DNA from: Prevotella sp.
GTDB taxonomy: Bacteria > Bacteroidota > Bacteroidia > Bacteroidales > Bacteroidaceae
DNA length: 64,000 bases
Assembly (NCBI GenBank): GCA_024688365.1
Contig: JAILEG010000041.1
Span: 1,108 to 65,107 of the forward strand
Reading direction: 5' to 3'
Numbering within the stretch: position 1 is the first letter of the stretch; each line of letters starts with the position of its first letter. The translations under genes were made by a program, and so were the position numbers. Shown piece after piece: positions 18,723-30,458 of the stretch. The notes beneath the pieces were generated by a model, which ran no database searches, was not told where the DNA came from, and saw nothing but the letters and a program-made list of their open reading frames with translations.

Positions 18723-18953
18723 TTTGTGAGGGGCGGGACGGAAGCTGACAGGGTTGATGTTGGGCTTATATGTAGGACTGATGCGGGAGGCAGGTGGGGG
18801 AAGAGCAGGGCTTTTTGCCTTATTATGCTTGCGGTCTGCATTTTATTTCGTAATTTTGCAGCGGAGGGCACAGGGTGAAGTCGCCTGTTGGCGGAATGGC
18901 GTCCTGTCGGGAATCCCCGAACTGCCGTCTGATAACCAAAAGCAAGGAAAGCT

Positions 18954-19781
18954 ATGAGCGAGACAGATAATATCGTGGTGCGCCCCGAGGGCGAGGGGAG
19001 CATCCTCCGTACGGACAAGCTGGTGAAACGGTATGGGAAGCGTACGGTTGCCAATGGTGTGAGCATCAATGTGAGGCAAGGAGAAATCGTAGGGCTGCTC
19101 GGACCGAATGGTGCGGGGAAGACCACCTCTTTCTATATGACCACGGGACTTGTGGTGCCGAACGAGGGACATGTGTACATTGATGACCAGGAGATAACCA
19201 ATTTCCCGGTCTATAAGCGTGCCCGTGCAGGCATCGGCTATCTGCCGCAGGAGGCGAGTGTGTTCCGTAAGATGAGTGTTGAGGACAACATCATGAGCGT
19301 CCTGGAGATGACGAAGCTGTCAAAACAGGAGCGGACAGACAAGATGGAGAGCCTTATCCGTGAGTTCCGTCTGGAGAAGGTGCGCAAGAACCTTGGCGAC
19401 CGTCTCTCGGGAGGTGAGCGCCGCCGCTGTGAGATAGCCCGCTGTCTGGCTATCGACCCGAAGTTCATTATGCTTGATGAGCCGTTTGCAGGTGTCGACC
19501 CTATCGCCGTGGAGGATATCCAGCACATCGTCTGGCGGCTGAAGTTCCGCAACATTGGTATTCTCATCACTGACCATAACGTCCATGAGACGCTGAACAT
19601 CACTGACCGTGCCTACCTGCTCTTCGAGGGGCGTATCCTCTTCAAGGGCACACCGGAGGAGCTGGCTGCCAACAAGATAGTCAAGGAGAAGTACCTCGGT
19701 ACCGATTTTGTGCTGCAGAAAAAAGACTTCCAGCTCCTTGACCAGCGCAAGCGGGCGCAGGAGGAAGCCCTGTCAGTCTGA
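18954..19781 (+). CDS. lptB: LPS export ABC transporter ATP-binding protein
   Basis: [41 protein letters not shown]. Confidence 0.95.
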   Translation: MSETDNIVVRPEGEGSILRTDKLVKRYGKRTVANGVSINVRQGEIVGLLGPNGAGKTTSFYMTTGLVVPNEGHVYIDDQEITNFPVYKRARAGIGYLPQEASVFRKMSVEDNIMSVLEMTKLSKQERTDKMESLIREFRLEKVRKNLGDRLSGGERRRCEIARCLAIDPKFIMLDEPFAGVDPIAVEDIQHIVWRLKFRNIGILITDHNVHETLNITDRAYLLFEGRILFKGTPEELAANKIVKEKYLGTDFVLQKKDFQLLDQRKRAQEEALSV

Positions 19782-20082
19782 TCTTTCCCAGGAGATTTAC
19801 CAACGGTTGGGTGGAAATCTCTGCCCTGTCCTGGATGTCATGTTGTGGCTCACACCGTGTGGAGATGCTGGTCCGTTGGGATCAAATGGTGTGAAGCGGC
19901 AAAGACGAGATGCGTCCGTAGGTGGGCATGCCGTTAAAAAAACAAATTTCTCCCTGTATATTATAAGGTTGTGCGAAAATTTAAGTACCTTTGCACCCCA
20001 AAGCCCGGGAGGGACAGGTGTGTCCTGACGGGAATGTAAGCTTTTGATAAACAATAATAAACATAAATATAAAACATCAGAG

Positions 20083-21447
20083 ATGAAAATTTCATTTGAG
20101 AATCCCGACAAAATCAACGGTCTTATGACCCTGACAGTCGAAGAGTCTGACTACAAAGATGAGGTTGAGAAGACCCTCAAGGACTATCGCAAGCGTGCCA
20201 ATATTCCCGGTTTCCGCCAGGGCCAGGTGCCAATGGGCATGATCAAGCGGCAGTATGGCTCACAGGTGAAGATGGAAGCCATCAACAAAATCCTGGGTGA
20301 GAACCTCCAGAAATATATCACAGACAACAAGATTCAGATGCTGGGACAGCCATTGTCATCTGAGAATCAGGAGCCGGTTGACCTGGAGAAGGAAGCTCCA
20401 TATGAGTTCAAGTTCGACATCGCTGTGGCTCCTGAGCTGAAGGCAGAGCTGACTGACAAGGATGAGATTGACTACTACGAGATTGCCGTTGACGACAAGC
20501 TCATCGACCAGCAGGTGGATATGTTCCAGAGCCGTGCCGGCCACTATGACAAGGCAGAGACCTTTGACCCAGAGCAGCGTGACATGCTGAAGGGTGACAT
20601 CCGTGAGCTGGATGAGAATGGCAACACGCTTGAGGGCGGTATCACCGTTGAGGGCGCATCGCTGATGCCACAGTACATCAAGGTTGACGACCAGAAGAAG
20701 CTCTTTGACGGGGCCAAACTGGGCGACATCATTACGTTCAACCCAACAGCCGCTTATCCGGACAACGACATCGAGGTATCTTCCCTGCTGAAGATCAAGA
20801 AGGAAGAGGTGGCTGAACACAAGGGCAACTTCTCATTCCAGATTACGGAGATTTCCCGTTTCGTGAAGGCTGAGAACAATGCTGACCTCTGGAAGAGTAT
20901 TTACGGCGAGGAGGCTGACATCAAGGATGAGGCTGCGTTCCGCAAGGCTATCGCTGACGGACTGACCGCACAGCTGGAGGGCGACTCCAACTACAAGTTC
21001 ATCCAGGATGTACGTGCTTACTGCGAGAAGAAGACAGGTGAGCTGACTTATCCGGACGCTATACTGAAGCGTATCATGCTTGTCAACAACCAGGACAAGG
21101 GTGAGGATTTTGTGGAGAAGAACTACGATCAGAGTATCAAGGAACTGACATGGCACCTCATCAAGGAACAGCTGGCACAGGCCAACAATGTGAAGGTTGA
21201 CGACAGTGATGTCCGTGAGAGCGCACGCCAGATGGCACGTGCCCAGTTCGCCCAGTACGGCATGACCAACGTTCCTGAGGAGTATCTGAACAACTATGCT
21301 GACGAGATGCTGAAGAAGCGTGAGAACATTGACTCGTTCGTTGAGGCAGCCCTTGACCGTAAGCTCTCAGCTGCGCTGAAGGAAATCGTGAAGCTGAACA
21401 AGAAGAGCGTAAGCCTTGATGAGTTCAACAAGCTCGTAAGCGAATAA
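20083..21447 (+). CDS. tig: Trigger factor (start moved to ATG 20083)
   Basis: IPGFRQGQVP ribosome-binding signature; upstream of clpPX. Confidence 0.95.
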   Translation: MKISFENPDKINGLMTLTVEESDYKDEVEKTLKDYRKRANIPGFRQGQVPMGMIKRQYGSQVKMEAINKILGENLQKYITDNKIQMLGQPLSSENQEPVDLEKEAPYEFKFDIAVAPELKAELTDKDEIDYYEIAVDDKLIDQQVDMFQSRAGHYDKAETFDPEQRDMLKGDIRELDENGNTLEGGITVEGASLMPQYIKVDDQKKLFDGAKLGDIITFNPTAAYPDNDIEVSSLLKIKKEEVAEHKGNFSFQITEISRFVKAENNADLWKSIYGEEADIKDEAAFRKAIADGLTAQLEGDSNYKFIQDVRAYCEKKTGELTYPDAILKRIMLVNNQDKGEDFVEKNYDQSIKELTWHLIKEQLAQANNVKVDDSDVRESARQMARAQFAQYGMTNVPEEYLNNYADEMLKKRENIDSFVEAALDRKLSAALKEIVKLNKKSVSLDEFNKLVSE

Positions 21448-21502
21448 ATATATTTTTAGGAAAAAACTTCCTTTAATTATAGGGGTTATCGATTTTTTTC
21501 CT

Positions 21503-21556
21503 TATCTTTGTCTAAGATAAGCAAGACGTTTCCGCTCCGTGTGGCACGTTCTTTGC
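21503..21556 (+). promoter_or_regulatory. clpP upstream region: -7 box TATCTTTG (21503-21510) and sigma54-like TGGCACG-N4-TTGC (21542-21556)
   Basis: Exact match to the -24/-12 consensus TGGCACG-N4-TTGC. Confidence 0.55.
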
Positions 21557-21628
21557 AAAGATGGCAATGATAGGAGAGGTCGATAACCTCTGTTTTTTGT
21601 CACATTATTATATATAGAAAGGAAAACA

Positions 21629-22294
21629 ATGAACGATTTTAGAAAGTATGCTACCAAGCATCTCGGGATGAACGGCATGGTGCTTGATGACGTAGTGAAG
21701 TCGCAGGCACAGTACCTGAACCCATACATCCTGGAGGAACGGCAGCTGAACGTGACCCAGATGGACGTGTTCTCCCGCCTGATGATGGACCGCATCATCT
21801 TCCTCGGTACGGAGATTGATGACTACACGGCCAACACCCTGCAGGCACAGCTCCTTTACCTGGACTCCGTTGATCCAGGCAAGGATATATCCATCTATAT
21901 CAATTCGCCTGGCGGAAGCGTGACGGCTGGCCTGGGTATCTATGACACGATGCAGTTCATCTCCAGCGACGTGGCTACTATCTGTACGGGGATGGCTGCC
22001 TCGATGGCTGCCGTGCTGCTCGTCTCAGGCCAGGAGGGCAAGCGGTCGGCACTGACACACAGCCGCGTGATGATTCACCAGCCACTTGGCGGCGTACAGG
22101 GACAGGCTTCAGACATAGAGATTGAGGCGAAGGAGATTCAGAAGTTCAAGAAGGAACTCTATACCATCATCAGCAACCACTCTCACCAGACGTTTGAGAA
22201 AGTATGGAACGACAGTGACCGTAACTACTGGATGAACGCCGAGGAGGCTAAGGAGTATGGTATGATTGACGAGGTGCTAACCAGAAAGAAGTAA
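21629..22294 (+). CDS. clpP: ATP-dependent Clp protease proteolytic subunit
   Basis: DVFSRLMMDRIIFLG, YINSPGGSV, GMAASMA, MIHQP. Confidence 0.98.
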   Translation: MNDFRKYATKHLGMNGMVLDDVVKSQAQYLNPYILEERQLNVTQMDVFSRLMMDRIIFLGTEIDDYTANTLQAQLLYLDSVDPGKDISIYINSPGGSVTAGLGIYDTMQFISSDVATICTGMAASMAAVLLVSGQEGKRSALTHSRVMIHQPLGGVQGQASDIEIEAKEIQKFKKELYTIISNHSHQTFEKVWNDSDRNYWMNAEEAKEYGMIDEVLTRKK

Positions 22295-22297
22295 AGG

Positions 22298-23533
22298 ATG
22301 CCTCAGAAGAAATGTAGTTTTTGCGGCCGGAGTGAGAAGGATGTGAAGCTCCTTATCACCGGTCTGAGCGGGTACATCTGTGAGGACTGTGCTCAGCAGG
22401 CTTACAACATTGTCATGCAGACAGGCGCGCTGGCGCAGGAACAGGACAAAGGACAGGAAGCCTTCAAGATGAAGAAGGTGCCGAAGCCGAAGGAGATAAA
22501 GCAGTACCTGGATGAGTATATCATCGGGCAGGACGAGGCGAAGCGTTATCTCTCCGTGTCGGTCTACAACCATTACAAGAGACTGCAGCAGCCCAAGAAT
22601 GACGATGGCGTGGAGATAGAGAAGAGCAACATCATCATGGTTGGCTCGACTGGTACGGGCAAGACCTTGCTTGCCAGAACCATAGCCAAGCTGCTTGACG
22701 TGCCTTTCACCATCGTGGACGCAACGGTGTTCACGGAGGCTGGCTACGTGGGCGAGGACGTGGAGAGTATTCTCTCCCGTCTGTTGCAGGTGGCCAATTA
22801 TGACGTGGCTGCTGCCGAGCGTGGCATCGTCTTCATTGATGAGATTGACAAGATAGCCCGTAAGAGCGACAATCCCAGCATCACCCGTGACGTGAGTGGC
22901 GAGGGAGTGCAGCAGGGGCTCTTGAAGCTGCTGGAAGGGACGATGGTCAATGTGCCTCCACAGGGGGGCAGAAAGCATCCCGACCAAGAGTACATCCACG
23001 TTGACACGAAGAATATCCTCTTTATCTGCGGTGGTGCCTTTGACGGTATCGAGCGGAAGATTGCCCAGCGACTCAATACGCATGTCGTAGGCTATAACTC
23101 GGTGCAGAACGTTGCCAGGATTGACAAGGGCGACCTGATGAAATATGTATTGCCACAGGACTTGAAGTCGTTCGGACTGATCCCGGAGATCATCGGCCGT
23201 CTGCCGGTGCTTACCTATCTCAATCCGCTTGACCGTGATGCCCTGCGCAAGATTCTCATCGAGCCGAAGAACTCCATCATCAAGCAGTATATCAAGCTGT
23301 TCGAGATGGACGGCATCACACTCAGCTTTGCCGAGCCGGCACTTGACTATATCGTGGACAAAGCCGTCGAGTATAAGCTCGGGGCACGTGGCCTGCGCTC
23401 CATCGTTGAGTCGGTGATGATGGATGCCATGTTCAATGTTCCCTCACGCCGTATCAAGCAGTTTGAGGTGACAGAGGACTATGCCCGCCAGGAACTTGAC
23501 AAGGCCCATATCCAGAAGATGGAGACGGTCTGA
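22298..23533 (+). CDS. clpX: ATP-dependent Clp protease ATP-binding subunit
   Basis: CSFCG zinc finger, [31 protein letters not shown]. Confidence 0.98.
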   Translation: MPQKKCSFCGRSEKDVKLLITGLSGYICEDCAQQAYNIVMQTGALAQEQDKGQEAFKMKKVPKPKEIKQYLDEYIIGQDEAKRYLSVSVYNHYKRLQQPKNDDGVEIEKSNIIMVGSTGTGKTLLARTIAKLLDVPFTIVDATVFTEAGYVGEDVESILSRLLQVANYDVAAAERGIVFIDEIDKIARKSDNPSITRDVSGEGVQQGLLKLLEGTMVNVPPQGGRKHPDQEYIHVDTKNILFICGGAFDGIERKIAQRLNTHVVGYNSVQNVARIDKGDLMKYVLPQDLKSFGLIPEIIGRLPVLTYLNPLDRDALRKILIEPKNSIIKQYIKLFEMDGITLSFAEPALDYIVDKAVEYKLGARGLRSIVESVMMDAMFNVPSRRIKQFEVTEDYARQELDKAHIQKMETV

Positions 23534-23635
23534 CATGCTACACGTGCAGCCTGCCGATGTGGGAGTTCCCGCATTGGCGGGCTGCATGGACATCTGCAAT
23601 ACCATACAAGGAAAGGAATACACCAAGCTATTAAC

Positions 23636-25819
23636 ATGACAAAAGAGGTCAATCTTACCGAAAAACTAAAACATTACTTCGGCTTTGACAAGTTCAAAGG
23701 CGACCAGGAGGCTATTATCCGCAATCTTCTTGCCGGACATGATACCTTTGTGCTGATGCCTACAGGTGGTGGCAAAAGTCTTTGCTATCAGCTGCCCTCA
23801 CTCATCATGGAGGGTACGGCGATAGTGGTGTCGCCACTTATCGCACTGATGAAAAACCAGGTGGATGTCATCAACGGACTCAGTGAGGAGGATGGCGTGG
23901 CCCATTATCTGAACTCCTCGCTGAAGAAAGCTGAGATTGACAAGGTGCGCTCTGATATCATGGAGGGCAAGACAAAACTTCTCTATGTGGCTCCAGAGTC
24001 GCTGAACAAGGAGGAGAACGTGGAGTTCCTTAAAGCCGTCAGAGTCAGTTTCTATGCCATTGACGAGGCACATTGCATCTCGGAGTGGGGACATGACTTC
24101 CGCCCCGAGTACCGTAAGATACGTCATGCCATCGAGGAAATTGGCGAGGCACCCGTCATAGCGCTCACGGCAACGGCAACTGACAAGGTGCGTACTGATA
24201 TTGTCCGCAGCCTTGGCATTGAGGACTGTGCCGAGTTCAAAAGCTCCTTCAATCGGCCGAACCTCTATTATGAGGTGCGCCCGAAGAAGAGTGATGATGA
24301 CACCAACAAGCAGATCATCATGTTCATCAAGCAGCATGCCGGCAAGAGTGGTATCATCTATTGCCTTTCCCGAAAGAAAGTGGAGGAGCTGGCGGCCATC
24401 CTGCAGGCCAATGACATCAAGGCCGCACCTTACCATGCAGGGCTTGACTCTGAGACACGGTCGAAGACACAGGACGACTTCCTGATGGAGAACCTGGATG
24501 TCATTGTGGCGACCATCGCCTTCGGTATGGGCATTGACAAGCCTGACGTGCGTTTCGTCATACATTATGACATTCCGAAAAGCCTTGAAGGCTATTACCA
24601 AGAGACGGGACGCGCCGGACGTGATGGCGAGGAAGGCATCTGCATTGTGTTTTACTCCAGGAATGACTTGAAGAAACTGGAGAAGTTCATGGAGGGAAAG
24701 CCCGTTGCTGAACAGGACATAGGGCGGCAGCTGCTGCAGGAGACGGAGGCCTACGCCGAGTCTTCGGTCTGCCGGCGGAAGATGTTGCTGCACTACTTTG
24801 GCGAGGATTATCTGAAGGATAACTGCGGTATGTGTGATAACTGTCTGCATCCTAAGAAGAAAATCGAGGGCAAGGAGCAGCTGCTGACAGTTCTTCAAGC
24901 TGTGAAAGCCCTGAAGGAGAATTTCCGGCAGGAGTATGTCATCGACTTTGTGAAGGGGCGTGCCACGGATGACCTGAAGGACCACAAGCATGATGAGCTG
25001 GAGGATTTCGGAGCAGGAGAGGACGAGGATCCTAAGATATGGAATCCCATTGTCCGGCAGGCCCTGCTTGTGGGGTACCTGAAGAAGGACGTTGAGAATT
25101 ACGGTCTGCTGAAGCTCACGTCCGCGGGGAAGCGTTTCATGAAGTCGCCAGAGTCGTTCATGTTCGTCATGGACACGGAGTTCAGGGATGAGAGTGTCGA
25201 TGATGAGCCGATGACTGGCACTGCCGTACTCGATCCGGAGCTGTTCTCCATGCTGAAAAGGCTGCGGAAACAGATAGCCCACAAGCTGGAGATACCTCCG
25301 TATGTCATCTTCCAGGACATGTCATTAGAGCAGATGGCGATGATGTATCCCATCAATGAGCAGGAATTGCAGAACATCCAGGGAGTCGGAGCCGGCAAGG
25401 CGAAACGCTATGGCAAGGAATTCTGCGAACTCATCAGGCAGCACTGTCAGGAGAATCATATTGAGCGGCCGGAGGAGCTGCGGGTGCGGACGGTGGCAAA
25501 GAAGTCGATGCAGAAGGTGAAGATTATCCAAAGTATTGACCGCCAGCTGCCTCTTGATGATATAGCGACTGCCGAAGGTCTTGAATTTGAAGATCTGCTG
25601 ACGAAGATAGAGGAGATAGTCTACAGCGGAACGAAGCTGAATATCGACTATTTCCTGGAGGATGTCTATGACGAGGAACAGATTGACGACATCTATGATT
25701 ACTTCATGGACAGCGAGACTGACAGTATTGACACGGCTATGGAGGAACTCGATGGTGACTACAGTGAAGAGGAAATCCGACTTGTCCGCATCAAATTCCT
25801 TTCGGAAATGGCCAACTGA
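23636..25819 (+). CDS. recQ: DNA helicase RecQ
   Basis: MPTGGGKSLCYQLP, DEAHCISEWGHDFRPEY, QETGRAGRDG, RQC zinc motif, HRDC domain. Confidence 0.97.
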   Translation: MTKEVNLTEKLKHYFGFDKFKGDQEAIIRNLLAGHDTFVLMPTGGGKSLCYQLPSLIMEGTAIVVSPLIALMKNQVDVINGLSEEDGVAHYLNSSLKKAEIDKVRSDIMEGKTKLLYVAPESLNKEENVEFLKAVRVSFYAIDEAHCISEWGHDFRPEYRKIRHAIEEIGEAPVIALTATATDKVRTDIVRSLGIEDCAEFKSSFNRPNLYYEVRPKKSDDDTNKQIIMFIKQHAGKSGIIYCLSRKKVEELAAILQANDIKAAPYHAGLDSETRSKTQDDFLMENLDVIVATIAFGMGIDKPDVRFVIHYDIPKSLEGYYQETGRAGRDGEEGICIVFYSRNDLKKLEKFMEGKPVAEQDIGRQLLQETEAYAESSVCRRKMLLHYFGEDYLKDNCGMCDNCLHPKKKIEGKEQLLTVLQAVKALKENFRQEYVIDFVKGRATDDLKDHKHDELEDFGAGEDEDPKIWNPIVRQALLVGYLKKDVENYGLLKLTSAGKRFMKSPESFMFVMDTEFRDESVDDEPMTGTAVLDPELFSMLKRLRKQIAHKLEIPPYVIFQDMSLEQMAMMYPINEQELQNIQGVGAGKAKRYGKEFCELIRQHCQENHIERPEELRVRTVAKKSMQKVKIIQSIDRQLPLDDIATAEGLEFEDLLTKIEEIVYSGTKLNIDYFLEDVYDEEQIDDIYDYFMDSETDSIDTAMEELDGDYSEEEIRLVRIKFLSEMAN

Positions 25820-25996
25820 CAACAGCTTATGTTGCTTGTGACAGTTGGAGAATTGTGTCTTGGTTTTTCTGCAGAGTGGTTGAAAGGGCAGTGAACACGA
25901 TGCAGCTTTTAGCCGTTAAATACTTTTAATAAGGTGGAGAAATAAAGGAAAATGCCTGTGTATGTGATTTTTAATTACTAAATTTGCACGCAATAA

Positions 25997-27496
<1,500 letters not shown>

Positions 27497-27516
27497 AACC
27501 AGACGATGAAGCATCG

Positions 27517-27549
27517 GCCCTCTTCCCTGTTACACCAGGGGAGAGGGTA
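27517..27549 (+). terminator. Hairpin after guaB (possible terminator or processing site)
   Basis: GCCCTCTTCCCTG-TTACAC-CAGGGGAGAGGGT inverted repeat; T-run not adjacent. Confidence 0.4.
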
Positions 27550-27571
27550 CGTGCGTTTTTAGATAAGAACA

Positions 27572-28996
27572 ATGAAAATCAAAGCACTTCTTTCCGTCGC
27601 AATGCTCTCAGCTACGGTTGCTTATGGGCAGACTGACCCCACAGTTATGACAATCAACGGACAGCCTGTGAGCCGTTCGGAGTTTGAGTATTCCTACAAT
27701 AAGAATAATGCCGAAGGTGTAATCGACAAGAAAAGCGTTGACGAGTATGTCGACCTCTTCATCAACTATAAGCTGAAGGTGCAGGCCGCACTTGATGCCC
27801 GGCTCGACACCCTCAGCTCATTCAAACAGGAATTCCTCAGTTATCGGGACCAGCAAATCAGGCCATCGGTCATTACTGATGCTGATGTTGAGGCTGAGGC
27901 ACGCAAGATCTATCGTGATACGCAGCAGCGTGTTGATGATAATGGCGGGTTATGGCGATGTGCCCACATCCTGGTCTCCATGAAACAAAGGGCAACAAAA
28001 GGAGAGGAGCAGGCCGCCAAAGTGCTGGCTGACTCTATCTATACGGCTCTGCTGCATGGTGCCGACTTTGCCGCTTTGGCCAAAAAATACTCCGGCGACA
28101 CCAACTCGGCACGTAAGGGCGGAGAACTGCCACTGCTCCAGAAAGGGCAGACCGTGAAGGAATTCGAGGCTGTCATGCTGACGATGAAGCCTGGAGAGAT
28201 AAGCCGTCCGGTGCTGTCTCCTTTTGGCTATCATATCATCAAAATGATTGGTCATGAGAACTTCATGCCTTACGATTCTGTGCGGGCTGATATTCTGCAG
28301 TTCATTGAGATGCGTGGGCTGCGTGAGCAGATTATTGACCAGAGGCTTGACACGCTTGCCCTGCAGGCAGGAAAAGGGGTCACGAGGGAGCAGGTGCTTG
28401 ACCGCCGTCTTGCTGAGATGGAGGCAAAGGACTCTGACCTGAGAAATCTTGTCAGGGAATATCATGACGGACTGTTGATGATCGAGATGAGCAACCGCAC
28501 TGTCTGGGACAAGGCTGCCAAGGATGAGGCTGGGCTTGAGGCGTATTTCCGTAAGCATAGGAAGCAATATAAGTGGGATGAGCCTCGTTTTAAGGGTATC
28601 GCCTATCATGTGAAAAGACAGGAGGACGTAGCTGCTGTGAAGAACTGTGTGAAGTCCGTGCCCTTTGCCAAGTGGGGTGATGAGCTTCGTAAGGCTTTCA
28701 ACAGTGACAGCGTGATCCGTGTCCGTGTGGAGAAGGGCATCTTCCGCAAGGGCGACAATGCCCTTGTTGACCATGAGGTTTTCGGCATAGATACTGTTGC
28801 CAAGCCCATGAAGGACTATCCGTTTGAGGCAGTCTTCGGCAAGAAGATAAAGGCACCCGAGGCAATGGAGGACGTGCGTGGACTGGTAGTCTCTGACTAT
28901 CAGGAGGAGCTGGAGAAGAGTTGGGTGGCATCACTGCGCAAGAAATATCAGTTTACAGTGGATAAGCAGGTACTTGCCACTGTCAACAAGCACTAA
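27572..28996 (+). CDS. Periplasmic parvulin-type peptidyl-prolyl isomerase (SurA/PpiD-like)
   Basis: Signal peptide, HILVS, FAALAKKYS, GGELP, SPFGYHIIK rotamase motifs. Confidence 0.9.
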   Translation: MKIKALLSVAMLSATVAYGQTDPTVMTINGQPVSRSEFEYSYNKNNAEGVIDKKSVDEYVDLFINYKLKVQAALDARLDTLSSFKQEFLSYRDQQIRPSVITDADVEAEARKIYRDTQQRVDDNGGLWRCAHILVSMKQRATKGEEQAAKVLADSIYTALLHGADFAALAKKYSGDTNSARKGGELPLLQKGQTVKEFEAVMLTMKPGEISRPVLSPFGYHIIKMIGHENFMPYDSVRADILQFIEMRGLREQIIDQRLDTLALQAGKGVTREQVLDRRLAEMEAKDSDLRNLVREYHDGLLMIEMSNRTVWDKAAKDEAGLEAYFRKHRKQYKWDEPRFKGIAYHVKRQEDVAAVKNCVKSVPFAKWGDELRKAFNSDSVIRVRVEKGIFRKGDNALVDHEVFGIDTVAKPMKDYPFEAVFGKKIKAPEAMEDVRGLVVSDYQEELEKSWVASLRKKYQFTVDKQVLATVNKH

Positions 28997-29015
28997 GTAA
29001 TAACTAAGAATTCAG

Positions 29016-30458
29016 ATGAAAATAAATAAAGGAAAAACAAGTATCCTGCTTGCAGGAACGGTTCTTACGGCAATGGGACTGCATGCTGGTGCCTTTCGTG
29101 CCAACGCACCTGTCGCCCTGTCCGACTCGCTGAAGGCGCAGCCGTCAGAGCAGGTATCTCCCCGTAGTGTTGTGGATGAGGTCATCTGGGTGGTGGGCGA
29201 TGAGCCCATCCTGAAGTCTGAGGTTGAGATAATGAAACTGCAGGGCGAGGCTGAGGGTATGAAATGGAATGGTGACCCTGAGTGCATCCTTCCTGAGCAG
29301 ATTGCCGTGCAGAAACTCTTCCTCCACCAGGCTGCTCTCGACAGTGTAGAGGTGACCGAAGCTGAGATTAACCAGGGGGTTGACCAGCAGATCAACTACT
29401 GGATATCCATGCCCCAGATTGGTTCCAAGGAGAGGCTGGAGGAATACCAGCGTAAGAGCATGGCCCAGATCCGGCAGGATTTACATGATGACTACAAGAA
29501 CCGTCAGCTGGTACAGAAAATGCAGGAGAAGCTGGTGGGCGATGTTAAAGTGTCTCCGGCGGAGGTACGTGCCTACTTCAGGAATCTTCCGGCCGACAGT
29601 ATTCCGCTGATTCCTACTACTGTTGAGGTGGAGATTCTGACACAGACACCGAAGATAGAACAGGAGGAAATCAACCGTATCAAGAACCAGCTGCGTGACT
29701 ATACGGATCGTGTCAATAAGGGTGAGACATCGTTTGCCACGTTGGCACGCCTTTATTCAGAGGACCCAGGCTCAGCCCGTCAAGGTGGTGAGCTGGGCTA
29801 TATGGGACGTGGCATGCTTGACCCTACGTTTGCTGCCGCCGCTTTTAATCTCACTGATCCCCAAAAAGTGTCAAAGGTGGTAGAGAGTGAGTTCGGGTAT
29901 CATATCATTCAGCTTGTCGACAGGCGTGGTGACAAAGTGAACTGCCGTCATATCCTTCTGAAGCCGAACGTGTCAGCCGCCTCAGTCAATGCAGCCAAGA
30001 TGCGTCTGGACTCCATTGCCAATGACATCAAGGCGGGTAAGTTTACCTTTGAGAATGCCACGGCCTATATTTCGGATGACAAAGACACGAAAAACAACCA
30101 CGGACTGATGGTGAACTCATCCGAGAGTGCGCGCACGTCACGCTTCAAGATGAAGGACTTGCCTACTGAGGTGGCGCGTGTCATCGACACAATGAAGGTC
30201 GACGAGGTGTCCGCTCCCTTCCAGATGATCAATGCCAAGGGAAAGACGGTCTGCGCTATCGTGAAACTGAAGAGCCGTGTTCCCGAACACCGGGCCACGA
30301 TTACCGAGGACTTTCAGGCAATGAAGGATATAGTCACAGTCCGTAGGCGTCAGCAGATCATCCATGACTGGGTAGTGAAAAAGGTCAAGGATATTTATGT
30401 CCGCATCAATCCCCGTTATCAGAATTGCAAATTTCAGTATGAAGGTTGGGTCAGATGA
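29016..30458 (+). CDS. surA: SurA-like chaperone/PPIase
   Basis: VVGDEPILKSE SurA-N, FATLARLYSEDPGS, ESEFGYHIIQ. Confidence 0.85.
   Translation: MKINKGKTSILLAGTVLTAMGLHAGAFRANAPVALSDSLKAQPSEQVSPRSVVDEVIWVVGDEPILKSEVEIMKLQGEAEGMKWNGDPECILPEQIAVQKLFLHQAALDSVEVTEAEINQGVDQQINYWISMPQIGSKERLEEYQRKSMAQIRQDLHDDYKNRQLVQKMQEKLVGDVKVSPAEVRAYFRNLPADSIPLIPTTVEVEILTQTPKIEQEEINRIKNQLRDYTDRVNKGETSFATLARLYSEDPGSARQGGELGYMGRGMLDPTFAAAAFNLTDPQKVSKVVESEFGYHIIQLVDRRGDKVNCRHILLKPNVSAASVNAAKMRLDSIANDIKAGKFTFENATAYISDDKDTKNNHGLMVNSSESARTSRFKMKDLPTEVARVIDTMKVDEVSAPFQMINAKGKTVCAIVKLKSRVPEHRATITEDFQAMKDIVTVRRRQQIIHDWVVKKVKDIYVRINPRYQNCKFQYEGWVR

Noticed and set aside
19994-20040. Hairpin in the tig 5' leader as a possible riboswitch or ncRNA
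   Set aside because: Short GGACA-GGTG-TGTCC stem only; no recognisable aptamer; would need an Rfam search
23798-25282. 494-aa antisense ORF inside recQ (similarly 30533-31732, 27950-28774, 22277-23083, 57516-58283, 59683-60438)
   Set aside because: Shadow ORFs opposite well-supported genes; expected from codon bias; no recognisable motifs
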